Shown here: piece by piece, positions 19,198-29,474 of the stretch | Numbering within the stretch: position 1 is the stretch's first letter | How the letters are laid out: each line of letters starts with the position of its first letter | NCBI GenBank assembly: GCA_965247095.1 | Contig: OZ251997.1 | Span: 1,920,001-1,984,000 of the forward strand | Source: Candidatus Multivorans sp. | GTDB taxonomy: Bacteria > Acidobacteriota > Thermoanaerobaculia > Multivoradales > Multivoraceae | Direction: 5' to 3' | DNA length: 64,000 nt | The notes under the pieces: generated by a model | What the model was told of the DNA's origin: nothing | Databases searched by the model: none | The model's input: only the letters and a program-made list of their open reading frames with translations | Made by a program: the position numbers and the translations under genes

Positions 19198-20742
19198 TCA
19201 CGCAACCTCTGAGCCCCCGTCCTCCTCCACCGTCAGCCGGTACTTCGCCGCGGCAAGGAGGCTCGCTTCCTGGCGCAGGTCCGCACGGGTCAGCGGGGAG
19301 ATCTCGAGCCAGGCATCCGGCAGCGCCAGGCGCAGGTCCCGGCCGTCGACGTCGAGCCGGACCGCGAGCGGTTCTGTGCGGCGACTCCGGTGGAGCACCA
19401 CGGCAAGGCGGAGCAGGACGGCGAGGCGCCGCGCGGTCTGACGCCAACCGGAGGGCAGGCGGTCGAAGACCTGGCGCGGGAACTTGCGGCGGTGGCAACG
19501 GATCAGAGAAGCCAGCAGCAGGTGCTCCTGGAGCGAAAAGCCGTGCATCTCCGCGTTCTCGACGATGTAGGCGCCGTGCTTGTGGAAGCCGGCGTGGTTG
19601 ATGTCGAGGCCGACCTCGTGCAACTGCGCGCCCCACGACAGCATGAGCCGGGGAAGCTCTCCCGTCAGGTTCCACTGCTCGGCGCACTGCCCGAGGAGCT
19701 GCAGGGCGGTCTCCCGGACCCGCTCGGCCTGATCCGGCTGCACGTGGTAGCGCCGGGCCATCGACTCGACGGCGGCGTGCCGCGTGTCCTCGTGGTGAAG
19801 TCGACCGAGGAGATCGTAGAGCGCGCCCTCGCGCAGGGCGCCGCCCGCGACTCGCATGCGCTCGATGCCGAGCGCCTTGAAGGTGGCGAGGAGCACGGCG
19901 GCGCCGCCCGCGAACACCGGCGCCCGGCCCTCGCTCAAGCCCTTGATACCGCCATTCATGGTCGTGCCGCGTTCGATCAGCAACTCGCGAAGCCGCAGCA
20001 GCGCCTCCAGGGTGATCCCCTCCTCGCACCAGCCCGCCGCCTGGACAACCGCCGCCACGGAGCGCACGGTGCCCGAGGAGCCGACCGCCGACTCCCAGCC
20101 GGCGCCGAAGCGGAATCGGTGCTCGACCGGCGCCAGCTCCACCAGCGCCGCCGTCTCGGCCCGCCGCCAGCGCTTCTCCTTCACCCGGCCGTTCGGGAAG
20201 TAGCGCAGGCTGCTGCTGACACAGCCCATGTACAGGCTCTCGAGGTCCAGCGGCTGCGAGCCCTCGCCGATGATCAGCTCCGTCGACCCGCCGCCGATGT
20301 CCACGGCGAGACGCCGTTCGTCGCCGGCCAGACTCCTCGAGACGCCGAGGTAGATGAGCCGCGCTTCCTCCAGGCCCGAGATGATCTCGACGGGATGACC
20401 CAGCGAGCGCTGCGCCGCCTCCAGCAGATCGCGCGCGTTGCGGGCGAGGCGGAGAGTGTTCGTGCCCACGACGCGGACCGTCCCCAGCGGAAGGCCGCGT
20501 ACCCGCTCACCGAACCGGTCGAGACAGTCGAGCGCCCGCGCCGACGCTTCCGGGGTCAGGCGTTTGCGCTCGTCGAGCCCGGCGGCCAGACGCACGAACT
20601 CCTTCCGGCGATCGACGAACACGAGTTGGCCGCCCCGAACCTCCGCCACCACCAAGTGGAAACTGTTCGAGCCGAGGTCGGCCGCGGCAACCACCTCCGC
20701 GTCGGCCTGCGGTCGCTCTGACTGGGCCCCGGAATCGTCCAT
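19198..20742 (-). CDS. ppx: Exopolyphosphatase Ppx/GppA
   Basis: DLGSNSFHL, ISGLEEARLIY, DIGGGSTE, ALREG, HD-like LHEVG. Confidence 0.93.
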   Translation of the reverse strand: MDDSGAQSERPQADAEVVAAADLGSNSFHLVVAEVRGGQLVFVDRRKEFVRLAAGLDERKRLTPEASARALDCLDRFGERVRGLPLGTVRVVGTNTLRLARNARDLLEAAQRSLGHPVEIISGLEEARLIYLGVSRSLAGDERRLAVDIGGGSTELIIGEGSQPLDLESLYMGCVSSSLRYFPNGRVKEKRWRRAETAALVELAPVEHRFRFGAGWESAVGSSGTVRSVAAVVQAAGWCEEGITLEALLRLRELLIERGTTMNGGIKGLSEGRAPVFAGGAAVLLATFKALGIERMRVAGGALREGALYDLLGRLHHEDTRHAAVESMARRYHVQPDQAERVRETALQLLGQCAEQWNLTGELPRLMLSWGAQLHEVGLDINHAGFHKHGAYIVENAEMHGFSLQEHLLLASLIRCHRRKFPRQVFDRLPSGWRQTARRLAVLLRLAVVLHRSRRTEPLAVRLDVDGRDLRLALPDAWLEISPLTRADLRQEASLLAAAKYRLTVEEDGGSEVA

Positions 20743-20768
20743 CGAGCGCCAAGTATGATCGCCCGGCC

Positions 20769-21809
20769 ATGAACGCCCCCGTGGACCTCCGATCCGACAC
20801 ACTGACCCGGCCGTCCCCGGCCATGCGCAAGGCGATGGCCGCGGCGGAAGTCGGCGACGACGTCTTCCGGGAGGATCCGACGGTCAACCGACTCCAGGAG
20901 CGTGTCGCCGGGATGCTCGAACGGGAGGCGGCCATCTTCGTTCCCTCCGGCACCCAGGGCAACCTGTCGTGCCTGCTCGCGCACGAACTGCCGCGGGGCA
21001 GCGAAGTGCTGCTCGAGGCGAACGCGCACATCATCAACCACGAGATGAACGGGATCACCGGAGTCGCCGGCTTGCTGCCGCGCGCTGTCCCGGCGGCGGC
21101 CAACGGCACTCTTCTGCCCGCCGAGGTCGAGGCCGCGATCGCGCCAGACGACCCGACCCTGGCCCCGACGCGGCTGCTCTGCCTGGAGAACAGTTGCAAC
21201 CAGGCCGGCGGCACGATCTACAACCGGGACCGCACCCGGGCCCTCTGCGACACGGCCCACAGCCACGGTCTGCGGGTCCACCTCGACGGCGCCCGGCTGT
21301 TCAACGCCGCGACCGCGCTCGGCTGCACGCCGGCCGAAGCCGCCGGACCGGTCGACTCCCTCTCCTTCTGCTTTTCGAAGGGGTTGGGCGCGCCGGTCGG
21401 CTCCATCGTCGTCGGTTCCCGCGACTTCGTCCAGAACGCCCGCCGCTACCGGCAGATGTGCGGCGGCCAGATGCGCCAGGTCGGCGTGCTCGCGGCGGCG
21501 GCGGAAGTCGCCCTCGACGAGAGCCCGCCCCTCCTCGTTCAGGATCACGAGAACGCCCGTCTGCTCGCGGACACCTTGAACGACCTTCCCGGCGTCGCCC
21601 TGATCGCCGAGCAGCGCACGAACATCCTCGTCTTCTCGGTCGAGGGCACGGGCCGAAGCGCGGTGGCATGCGCCGAGGCCCTGGAACGCGAGAATGTGCT
21701 GTGCTTGGCGGTGAGCCCGACCCACATCCGGCTGGTGACGCACCGCGACGTGAGTCCGGAGCAGACGGCGCAGGCGGCCGAGGCCCTGACCCGGGTGTTC
21801 GGTGGATAA
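20769..21809 (+). CDS. ltaE: Low-specificity L-threonine aldolase
   Basis: DLRSDTLT, GDDVFREDPTV, HLDGARLFNA, CFSKGLGAPVGS (PLP lysine). Confidence 0.92.
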   Translation: MNAPVDLRSDTLTRPSPAMRKAMAAAEVGDDVFREDPTVNRLQERVAGMLEREAAIFVPSGTQGNLSCLLAHELPRGSEVLLEANAHIINHEMNGITGVAGLLPRAVPAAANGTLLPAEVEAAIAPDDPTLAPTRLLCLENSCNQAGGTIYNRDRTRALCDTAHSHGLRVHLDGARLFNAATALGCTPAEAAGPVDSLSFCFSKGLGAPVGSIVVGSRDFVQNARRYRQMCGGQMRQVGVLAAAAEVALDESPPLLVQDHENARLLADTLNDLPGVALIAEQRTNILVFSVEGTGRSAVACAEALERENVLCLAVSPTHIRLVTHRDVSPEQTAQAAEALTRVFGG

Positions 21810-22278
21810 AGAGCGCGGCCTCGTCGACGTCAGGCCGTTCGACGAACTGAAGATCGGCGAGAGCTTCCCACTTCCAAGCCGTACCGTCACCGAAGCGCAC
21901 TTCGCGGCGTTCCAGGCGATCTCGGGCGACAACCACCCCATCCACTACGACATCGAGTACTGCCGCTCCCAGGGCCACAGCGGGATGCTCGCCCACGGCC
22001 TCCAGGTGCTCTGCTACAGCGCCGCTGGGGCCGGCACGTTCGCCGACGTGATCGGCCGCGCCATGGTCGGTTACATCGACCAGTCATGCCGCTTCCTCAA
22101 GCCGGTGTATCCGGGCGACACGCTGTATCCGACGCTTCACATCGCGGAGCTCAGGCGTCAGCGCACGACGGGCGTGGTCGTGCTCGAGAGCGTGATCGAG
22201 AACCAGCGCGGCGAGCGGGTGCTCGAGGGCCGGCAGAGCTACCTGGTGCGGCTGGAGGGCGAAGCGGCCTCCGACTGA
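21802..22278 (+). CDS. MaoC family dehydratase
   Basis: SGDNHPIHYD...LAHGL...FLKPVYPGDTL. Confidence 0.9.
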   Translation: MDKERGLVDVRPFDELKIGESFPLPSRTVTEAHFAAFQAISGDNHPIHYDIEYCRSQGHSGMLAHGLQVLCYSAAGAGTFADVIGRAMVGYIDQSCRFLKPVYPGDTLYPTLHIAELRRQRTTGVVVLESVIENQRGERVLEGRQSYLVRLEGEAASD

Positions 22279-23078
22279 GTCAGCGGTTCGAAGTCGAAGA
22301 CGGTCGACGCGGCGCCGGGCAGAGGCACCGCCTCGACGCGGAACACGCGCCGCACAAGCTCCGGCGCCAGGACCTCGGAGGGCGGGCCCTCGGCGACCAG
22401 GGCGCCGCCGTCGAGCACGGCCACCCGATCGGCGAAGCGGGCGGCGGCGTTCAGGTCGTGGAGAACGAGCACGACCGAGCGCCCCTCGTTGACGAGCCGG
22501 CGGGCGAGACCCAGAAGGTCCAGGCCGTGGGCCAGGTCGAGGTTCGAGGTCGGTTCGTCGAGCAGCAGGACCTCCGCTTCGGTGGCCAGACAGCGAGCCA
22601 TCAGCACCCGCTGCAACTCGCCCCCGGAGAGCGTCGTCACCCGGCGTTCGGCGAGCCCCAGCACATCCGTATCGTCCAGGCAGCGGTCGATCCAGCCATG
22701 GTCGGCGGAGCGGGTGCCGAAGAGCCGGCTCTCGTGCGGGTAGCGACCGAGGGTGACGAACTCGCGCACCGTGAACTCGAACGACGGGCGCACCGACTGC
22801 GGCACGTAGGCCACCCGCCGGGCCGCCTGCCGCCGCGGCAGCTCCGCCATATCGAAGCCGCCCAACAGCACGCGCCCCTCGGTCAGCCGCCAGGTGCCGC
22901 TCAACAGCCGCAGCAGGGTCGACTTGCCGGCCCCGTTCGGGCCCACGACCGAGGTCAGCATGGACGGTTCGATGACGAGATCGATGCCCCGCAGCAGCCA
23001 GCGGCCCCGGCGCTCGACGCCGCCGCCCACGAGTTCCAGCCGCGGCGCCCTGCGCGCCGACCCCGGCGCCGCCGTCAC
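22239..23078 (-). CDS. Iron-siderophore/heme/cobalamin ABC transporter ATP-binding protein
   Basis: GPNGAGKST, LSGGELQR, LLLDEPT, VLHDLN. Confidence 0.92.
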   Translation of the reverse strand: MTAAPGSARRAPRLELVGGGVERRGRWLLRGIDLVIEPSMLTSVVGPNGAGKSTLLRLLSGTWRLTEGRVLLGGFDMAELPRRQAARRVAYVPQSVRPSFEFTVREFVTLGRYPHESRLFGTRSADHGWIDRCLDDTDVLGLAERRVTTLSGGELQRVLMARCLATEAEVLLLDEPTSNLDLAHGLDLLGLARRLVNEGRSVVLVLHDLNAAARFADRVAVLDGGALVAEGPPSEVLAPELVRRVFRVEAVPLPGAASTVFDFEPLTQSEAASPSSRTR

Positions 23079-24132
23079 CGCGACACCGCCACTTCGCCCT
23101 CATGGCGCATCAGCAAGTAGAGGAAGAACGGAGCGCCCACGAAGGCCGTGACCACGCCCAGGTGGACTTCCTTGGGCGCCGCCAGCGTACGCGCCAGAAG
23201 GTCGGCGCCGACCACGAACCACGCCCCGGTCAGGAACGAGGCCGGCAGCAGGCGGCGGTGGACGGGTCCCAGCAGCAGGCGCACGAGGTGCGGCACCACG
23301 AGGCCGACGAAGCCGACCACACCGCTGACCGCGACGGCGCTGCCGGTCAGGATGGCGGCACTCCACAGTACGGCCCGCTTCGCCCGCTCGATATCGACCC
23401 CGAGCGATGCCGCCACCTCCTCGCCTTCAAGCAGCAGATCCAGGTCGCGCGCAAACCAGGCCGCCACGACGCAGCCCACGACCATCCCCGGCAACAGCAT
23501 GCCGACGTGGTTCCAGCCCCGGTCCGTAACGCCACCCATCATCCAGAAGGCGATCTGGCGCGCCGCCTCGTACTGCTCCCACGAGCGGGCGATCAGCCAC
23601 GAGTTGACCGCGGCCAGCAGGGCGTTGAGCGCCACACCCGCAAGCAGCAGGGTGGTCACCGGCGTGTAGCCGTCGCGGGTCGCGATCCGGGTCACGATCA
23701 GCAGCGACAGCAGCGCGCCCCCGACCGCGAACAGCGGCGCGGCGAGGAGGAAGGTGCCGGCCAGACCGAAAGTGAGCGCAAAGACGGCGCCCACGGCAGC
23801 ACCGGTACTCGTGCCGACGATCCCGGGCGAGGCGAGCGGATTGCGGAACAAGCCCTGCATCTGCGCGCCGGCGAGCGCCAGGCAACCGCCGACCATCGCC
23901 GCCACCACCACCCGCGGCGCCCGCAGCGACCACACGATCGTGTCCACCTGCGGATCCACGGGGCCGTACTCGCCGGGAAGCAGATGCCGCGCCAGCACGC
24001 CATGACTTCCGCTGGATCGAGAGCGACCGAGCCCCGGTACAGACCGATCGCCGCGAACGCCACGAGCAACACCGCGCCAGCGGCCATGTACCACCAGAAT
24101 CCGACCCGGTACACCCCCAGAGCGATTCTCAT
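23075..24132 (-). pseudogene. FecCD/BtuC ABC permease, frameshifted near 24000 (or sequencing error)
   Basis: N-terminus MRIALGV...LDPAEVM in one frame; GVLARHLL...LRAPR...FRNPLASP...GFVGLVVPH in another; a single missing G restores continuity. Confidence 0.8.
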
Positions 24133-25196
24133 TCGGCGCCACCCGCCGCCGCATCCCGACCGCCCGCGGCTTCAAGCCGTTCCGCGGCGTCAACCAGCGC
24201 GTCCGCGAGCCGGTCGACCAACCCGACGACGTGGTGCGAGACGGCGGCCATGTCCCGGCCGTCGAGGGCCACCACGTTGCCGAGTCCAGCGGCCCGGGTG
24301 CCGTCCGGGACGCCCACCGCCGCGGCGTCGAGCACATAGGAGTCAGTGAAGATCACGTCCGGGTTCCATAGCACGACCTGTTCGGCGCTGATCCGCGGCC
24401 AGCCGACGAGGCCCTTCTCCGCCGCGAGGTTCACCGCACCCAGGTAGCGAACGGCGTCGTCGAACACGGTCCTCCCACCCAGCACCACGCCGCCGCTGTA
24501 GTGGACGACGCGCAGGCCCGCCACCCGGGCGCCAGCCCGGGCCCGCGCCGCCTCCAACCGGGCCCGCATCGACTCCACCAGCCGCTCCGCCTCGCTCTCG
24601 CGGCCGATCGCGAAGCCGACGACCCGGATGTTGGCCTCGATCGCCGCCAGGCTCTCGTGATCGAGCAGGACGAGTACGGGCACACCCGCCGCCTCCAACT
24701 GGGCGAGTGTCTCCCGGGTGTTGAACCCGGCCGCGAACACCAGGTCGGGCGAAACCGCCAGGATCTCCTCCGTGCTGAAGCCGCCTACACGCCCCAGGCG
24801 CCGCGCCGCGTCCGCGCTGGGACTGAACGCCGGATCGCCGGCAAAGGGCGATAGCAGCACGATCCGCTCCGGCTCGGCGATCTCCAGTAGGATCTCGTCC
24901 GTTGCCAGGGTCCGCGATGCAATCCGTTCGGGCGGCGCCGCCAACCGCACCACTCGCCCGCCGCCGCGGATCTCGCGCCAGACGCCGTCACCACCCGGTT
25001 CGACGAGTTCGAGCTCGGCGCCCGCCACGCTTCCCAGGTACGCGGAGTGCTCGACGCCCAAGTCGAACGCGCCCGCGTCTCCGGCCTCGCCGTCATCGGA
25101 AGTCCGGGCACAGGCACAGACCAGCAACGCGAGACCGATCACCCGGACCAAGGGCGTCCGAGCCACGACCATCTCCGCCTGCATACGCCTCCGCAC
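24129..25196 (-). CDS. ABC transporter periplasmic binding protein (BtuF/FhuD-like), probable lipoprotein
   Basis: PERIASRTLATDEILLEI, EEILAVSPDLV, lipobox-like LLVCAC. Confidence 0.88.
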   Translation of the reverse strand: MRRRMQAEMVVARTPLVRVIGLALLVCACARTSDDGEAGDAGAFDLGVEHSAYLGSVAGAELELVEPGGDGVWREIRGGGRVVRLAAPPERIASRTLATDEILLEIAEPERIVLLSPFAGDPAFSPSADAARRLGRVGGFSTEEILAVSPDLVFAAGFNTRETLAQLEAAGVPVLVLLDHESLAAIEANIRVVGFAIGRESEAERLVESMRARLEAARARAGARVAGLRVVHYSGGVVLGGRTVFDDAVRYLGAVNLAAEKGLVGWPRISAEQVVLWNPDVIFTDSYVLDAAAVGVPDGTRAAGLGNVVALDGRDMAAVSHHVVGLVDRLADALVDAAERLEAAGGRDAAAGGAE

Positions 25197-25259
25197 AAGT
25201 CGCGATCATAGTTATACTGCCGGCCCCATCGGACCCAGGAACGTCACGGAGCGGAGTTC

Positions 25260-25745
25260 ATGAGCATCAAGACCGGGGAGACGATCCCCGAAGCCAGCTT
25301 CAAGCAGATGACATCGGACGGCATCGTCGACATCTCGACGCGGGAGCTGTTCAAAGGCAAGAAGGTCGTCCTCTTCGCAGTGCCCGGCGCTCTGACGCCG
25401 ACCTGTTCCGAGGTCCACATGCCCGGCTTCGTCGAGCACCTGGAGACGATCAAGGCCAAGGACGTAGACACGGTGGCCTGCGTCGCGGTCAACGACGTCT
25501 TCGTGATCAACGAATGGCGCAAGGCGCGGAGCATTCCCGACGACATCCTGCTGCTCTCCGACGGCAACGGCGAGTTCACGGCCAAGGTCGGACTGGAACT
25601 CGACGCCTCGCGCTTCGGCATGGGCACCAGGTCCCGGCGCTACGCCGCGGTCGTCGACGACGGCGTGGTGAAGTACCTCGGCGTCGAGCCGGCGGGTCAG
25701 GTCGGCGTCAGCGGCGCCGAAGCAGTGCTGGAGGAACTCGGGTGA
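25260..25745 (+). CDS. Peroxiredoxin (Prx5 type)
   Basis: KKVVLFAVPGALTPTCS, VNDVFV, SDGNGEF, RSRRYA. Confidence 0.93.
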   Translation: MSIKTGETIPEASFKQMTSDGIVDISTRELFKGKKVVLFAVPGALTPTCSEVHMPGFVEHLETIKAKDVDTVACVAVNDVFVINEWRKARSIPDDILLLSDGNGEFTAKVGLELDASRFGMGTRSRRYAAVVDDGVVKYLGVEPAGQVGVSGAEAVLEELG

Positions 25746-25803
25746 CGCGTTCCGCGTCAGCCGTGAACCAGTCCATGCGCCCGTCATCGGGCGCATGGAT
25801 GAC
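25734..25803 (+). repeat. GAAC double-hairpin dispersed repeat, copy 2 (overlaps peroxiredoxin stop)
   Basis: GAACtcgggtgacgcg-ttc-cgcgtcagccgt-GAACcagtccatgcgcccg-tcat-cgggcgcatggatgac. Confidence 0.85.
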
Positions 25804-25845
25804 ACTCGGCTGATCCAGCGCGGCTATCCGTAGCCCGGGGGTCTC

Positions 25846-26802
25846 TTGACCAACCACAAGGTCGACTCTCTCACCGACTCGATCTACGTCACCTTCGACG
25901 AGGAGGCGTGGGGACGTCTGCGTGCCGACACGCCACTGACGCTGTCCGAGAGCGAACTGCAGCGGCTGCGCGGCATCAACGAGAACGTGTCGCTGGACGA
26001 GGTCGCGCAGATCTACCTGCCGATGTCGCGCCTCCTGAATCTCTACGTCGGGCGCACCCAGGATCTCTACCGCGCCAGCACCACCTTCCTCGGCGGTCTG
26101 GCGCCCAAGGTGCCGTACATCATCGGCATCGGCGGCAGCGTCGCGGTGGGCAAGAGCACCACCGGCCGCATCCTGCGCGAGCTCCTCGCGCGCTGGCCGA
26201 ACCACCCCCAGGTCGACCTGGTGACCACCGACGGCTTCCTCCACCCCAACGCCGTCCTGAAGGAACGTGGGCTCATGGAGCGCAAGGGCTTCCCGGAGAG
26301 CTTCGACATACGCACCCTGGTCAACTTCGTCCTCCAGGTGAAATCGGGCGAGCGTCGAGTCAAGCACCCCGTCTACTCGCACCACTCCTACGACATCCTG
26401 CCCGGGGCCACCGAGATCGTCGATCAGCCCGACATCCTGATCCTGGAGGGCTTGAACGTGCTCCAGGCGCGGTCGGAGGCGCCGAAGAGCAGCCGGCTGA
26501 TGCTCTCCGACCTGTTCGACTTCTCGATCTACGTGGACGCCGAGACCGAGGTCGTGGAGCGCTGGTATGTAGAGCGCTTCCTGACCTTCAGGGGTACCGC
26601 GTTCCAGGACCCCGACGCCTACTTCCACCGCTACGCGAGCCTGAGCGAAGAGGACGCGATCGAGACCGCGCGCGGCATTTGGCAGGCGATCAACGAGCCG
26701 AACCTGACCCAGAACATCCTGCCCACCCGCGAGCGGGCGGATCTGATCCTCGAGAAGGCGCCCGACCACGCGGTGCGGCGGGTGCGTCTGCGGAAGCTGT
26801 AG
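25846..26802 (+). CDS. coaA: Type I pantothenate kinase
   Basis: [51 protein letters not shown]. Confidence 0.95.
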   Translation: MTNHKVDSLTDSIYVTFDEEAWGRLRADTPLTLSESELQRLRGINENVSLDEVAQIYLPMSRLLNLYVGRTQDLYRASTTFLGGLAPKVPYIIGIGGSVAVGKSTTGRILRELLARWPNHPQVDLVTTDGFLHPNAVLKERGLMERKGFPESFDIRTLVNFVLQVKSGERRVKHPVYSHHSYDILPGATEIVDQPDILILEGLNVLQARSEAPKSSRLMLSDLFDFSIYVDAETEVVERWYVERFLTFRGTAFQDPDAYFHRYASLSEEDAIETARGIWQAINEPNLTQNILPTRERADLILEKAPDHAVRRVRLRKL

Positions 26803-27410
26803 CTAGCGCGGCGCCTGCCAGTTCGGCGTCATCCATGCGCCCGATGACGGGCGCATGGACTGGTTCTGGCGCGGAACGCGCCACCCGGGTTCCCGCAGGG
26901 CTCCGGCCTCGTCGAGAAGCTCGTCCAGCCGCCCGGACAGGCGGTCGAACAGCGCCTTGAGTGCCAGCACCTCGGCTGCCTCTTCGCCGTCCTGGCTCCG
27001 CGCGTTCCGGGCCGCGACCGCCAGTCGCGTCTCGACGTTGCCGGCGCCGTGACGGGTGATGAAGCTGCCCAGGAGGTTGTCTCTCTCCGCCGGGTCGGCC
27101 TCCAGGTCGTAGAGCTCGTAGCGGTCCCACACGCCGTGGAATCGCATCAATCCGGGCCGCGGCTCGTCGGACGTGCCGCCCATGTGCCATTTGCCGACGA
27201 AGGCCGTCCGGTAGCCGGCGCCCTGGAGTTCCTGCGGGAAGGTCGGCGTCGACGGATCCAGACGGGTGCGGTTGTCGAGTACGCCGTGACGGTGGGCGTA
27301 CTGCCCGGTGAGGATCGAGGCGCGGCTCGGCGAGCAGAGCGACGTGGTCACAAAGGCGTTCTCGAACAGCACCCCGCGTTCGATCAGCCGGTCGAGGTGC
27401 GGGGTCTCGT
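26803..27410 (-). pseudogene. Sulfatase remnant (N-terminus lost, large in-frame internal deletion)
   Basis: TPHLDRL..FENAFVTTSLCSPSRASILTG (CxPxR) and GKWHMG joined directly to C-terminal ELYDLEADPAE; a stop codon lies just upstream of ETPHLD. Confidence 0.85.
26828..26892 (-). repeat. GAAC double-hairpin dispersed repeat, copy 3
   Basis: Reverse complement GAACccgggtggcgcg-ttc-cgcgcca-GAACcagtccatgcgcccg-tcat-cgggcgcatggatgac; 39 bp identical to copy 2. Confidence 0.85.
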
Positions 27411-27429
27411 CATCTCAGCTCCCGTCACC

Positions 27430-28353
27430 TCAGTCTTTCTGGGGAAGTTCGCCCAGACCGACCGCGGCCAGTTCCTCGGGCTCGTAGTTCCAGCGCCGGT
27501 AGTTCCACATCCACTGCTCGGGCTGCGCCCGCACTCTCCGTTCGATCGCCGCGGCGATCCGCTGCGACAGCTCGACCGCGTCCCTCGTACCGCCGGGCGA
27601 GCGCAGGATCTCACTCTCCAGCCGGTACGAGAAGGGGCCCTCCCGGACGCAGAACGCGGCGACCAGGGGGCAGTCGCGCTTGGCCGCCAGCGCCGCCGGA
27701 CCGCCGACGAACTCCGTGCGGCGGCCCAGGAAGGAGACCTCCGGCCCGCGCCGCTGGTCGGGCCGCTGATCGACCACCATGATCAGCGTCTCCTTCCGCG
27801 TGAGGCAGCTCAGCATGTCGCGCAGGAGAGAAGCGCGGCCGCTCCAGATCACTCGCACATCCGACCGCGCCCGCATCCGCTCGACAAAGAGCGACATCGC
27901 CGCGGAACGCGCGGGCTTGGCGACCGCGCACACCGGAGAGGCGGCCGCGCGCACGGTGCTCTGAGCCAGCAGTTCCCAGGCACCGAGGTGGGCCGTGACC
28001 AGCACCTGGCCGCGGCCGCAACCCTCGACCTCCGCCATCAACCGCTGCAGGTCGCCGAAGCCCTCCATCGCTCCTACCTCGAGCCGCTTCTGGTCGAAGC
28101 TGATCCGCACCGTCTCCAGCGCCGCCACGATCTGATGCCGGACGCAGCGCCACTCCAGGTCGCGCGCCTCCGGCGACCCCGGAGGCAGCCCCAGAACCAC
28201 CGCCAGATTGCGGCGCATCAAGCGCACGTCACGCGGCGTGATCCGGCGGCAATGGGCCAGCAGCCCCGCCAGCGGGCCGAAGGCGGCCGCCGGCAGCAGG
28301 CGCAGCAGCCACGAGGCGGCGTGGAGGAAGGCTCCCATGGTGCGATTGGACAT
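27430..28353 (-). CDS. Lipid A/lysophospholipid acyltransferase (LpxL/HtrB-like)
   Basis: LVTAHLGAWEL, MVVDQ, VSFLGR, RAQPEQWMWNYRRW. Confidence 0.88.
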   Translation of the reverse strand: MSNRTMGAFLHAASWLLRLLPAAAFGPLAGLLAHCRRITPRDVRLMRRNLAVVLGLPPGSPEARDLEWRCVRHQIVAALETVRISFDQKRLEVGAMEGFGDLQRLMAEVEGCGRGQVLVTAHLGAWELLAQSTVRAAASPVCAVAKPARSAAMSLFVERMRARSDVRVIWSGRASLLRDMLSCLTRKETLIMVVDQRPDQRRGPEVSFLGRRTEFVGGPAALAAKRDCPLVAAFCVREGPFSYRLESEILRSPGGTRDAVELSQRIAAAIERRVRAQPEQWMWNYRRWNYEPEELAAVGLGELPQKD

Positions 28354-28499
28354 CAGGGACTTGGTGAGTGTAGTGAGGGATCCGTCGCACCACCGCAGTT
28401 CTCGAACAACGGGCCGTGGACTACGACAACCATCGTCTCAAAGATACTCGGCCCTACACGTATCCTGGCCCACCCGGTCGCTAGGGGCCGCGCCCGGCC

Positions 28500-28745
28500 C
28501 GTTCCCTGCTCCACGGCGGCGGCACGCAAGCGACGCCAGCCACAGGACGGCGGGTCAGCCGTCCCCGCGGGGCCCCCGAGGCGGAGAGACCGGGCGAAGC
28601 GCTGCAGATCGAGCAGGCACCCTTCAAGGTGCGCACCATCCATGTCGATGGCGGCAGGGAATCACCGCCGACCTTGAACAGGCCTGCGCTGAGCGGGGAA
28701 TCGGGCTCGGTGTCCTGCCGCGTCACTCGCTCACACTCAACGGAA
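28500..28745 (+). mobile_element. Degenerate IS481-like transposase (integrase core) remnant
   Basis: Fragments AERPGEALQIE, PFKVRTIHVDGGRE and (frameshifted) DLEQACAERGIGLGVLPRHSLTLNG resemble rve-core motifs; left boundary approximate. Confidence 0.6.
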
Positions 28746-28754
28746 GCGGGAATA

Positions 28755-29075
28755 TGGCGGCCGCGATGACGGGATGACCACAGCGGAGCGCGGGAAGCTT
28801 CGGAGGCTTCGGCGGGAGAATCGGCGGCTGCGCGAAGAGCGGGAGATCCTGGCAAACCAACGGCCTGGTTCGCTCGGGAGACGGGGCCCACGAGGTCTAC
28901 GGGTTCATGAAGGCGAACCACGCCAGAAGAGACTCTTCCGCTACGTCGAGGCTGATACGATCCGCATCGTCGGCACTCCGCCGTCGGACACCGCCCTTCC
29001 TCAACTTCGAGAAACCTACCGCGAAGCCGCTTGTGTCCCTAAACGTAGACTGTCCACGAAACCGGGGCAACCTCG
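28755..29075 (+). mobile_element. Internally deleted IS3-family remnant with right terminal inverted repeat
   Basis: OrfA tail TTAERGKLRRLRRENRRLREEREILA; OrfB start VYGFMKAN; OrfB end LFRYVE...RRHSAVG; IRR-like ctgtccacgaaaccggggcaacctc at 29050-29074. Confidence 0.8.
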
Positions 29076-29191
29076 CTTCTTCGCAATTCCCCCGCATTGG
29101 ATCCCGTTCATTTGCTAGGTGTCGAGGGTGTGGCGAGCTGCTAGTGTGTCCCTCCAACTAAGAGGTTTCCCGCCTCAAGAAGGAGTTCCTG

Positions 29192-29455
29192 ATGAAGAAG
29201 AGCGTTTGGATCCACGCTGTGATGGCTGTCGTGGCGGCTGCTCTAATGGGCGTCGGGTCGGCCGGTGAAGTGCTTGCCGACGAGTGCGACCAGAAATGTA
29301 AATTCACCATTGGCCCGAACGGAACCACGGTGGAATGCACCACGGTCGCGCCCGGCGAGACGGGCGCGAAAGTATGCGTTCCAATCAACACGAAAGACGA
29401 CAACTACTGTGAACTTGAGCTATGCGACGACGGCTTTGCCTATCCGATAGCGTGA
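29192..29455 (+). CDS. Small secreted cysteine-rich peptide
   Basis: AAGGAG RBS; Sec signal ending VLA|D; mature ~58 aa with 6 Cys. Confidence 0.75.
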   Translation: MKKSVWIHAVMAVVAAALMGVGSAGEVLADECDQKCKFTIGPNGTTVECTTVAPGETGAKVCVPINTKDDNYCELELCDDGFAYPIA

Positions 29456-29474
29456 CGAGGACGGAGCCTTCGAG

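Noticed and set aside
29192-29455. Cys-rich peptide as a RiPP (ranthipeptide/lanthipeptide) precursor
   Set aside because: It has a Sec-type signal peptide rather than a leader, and no radical SAM, LanM/B/C, YcaO or peptidase-ABC gene is nearby
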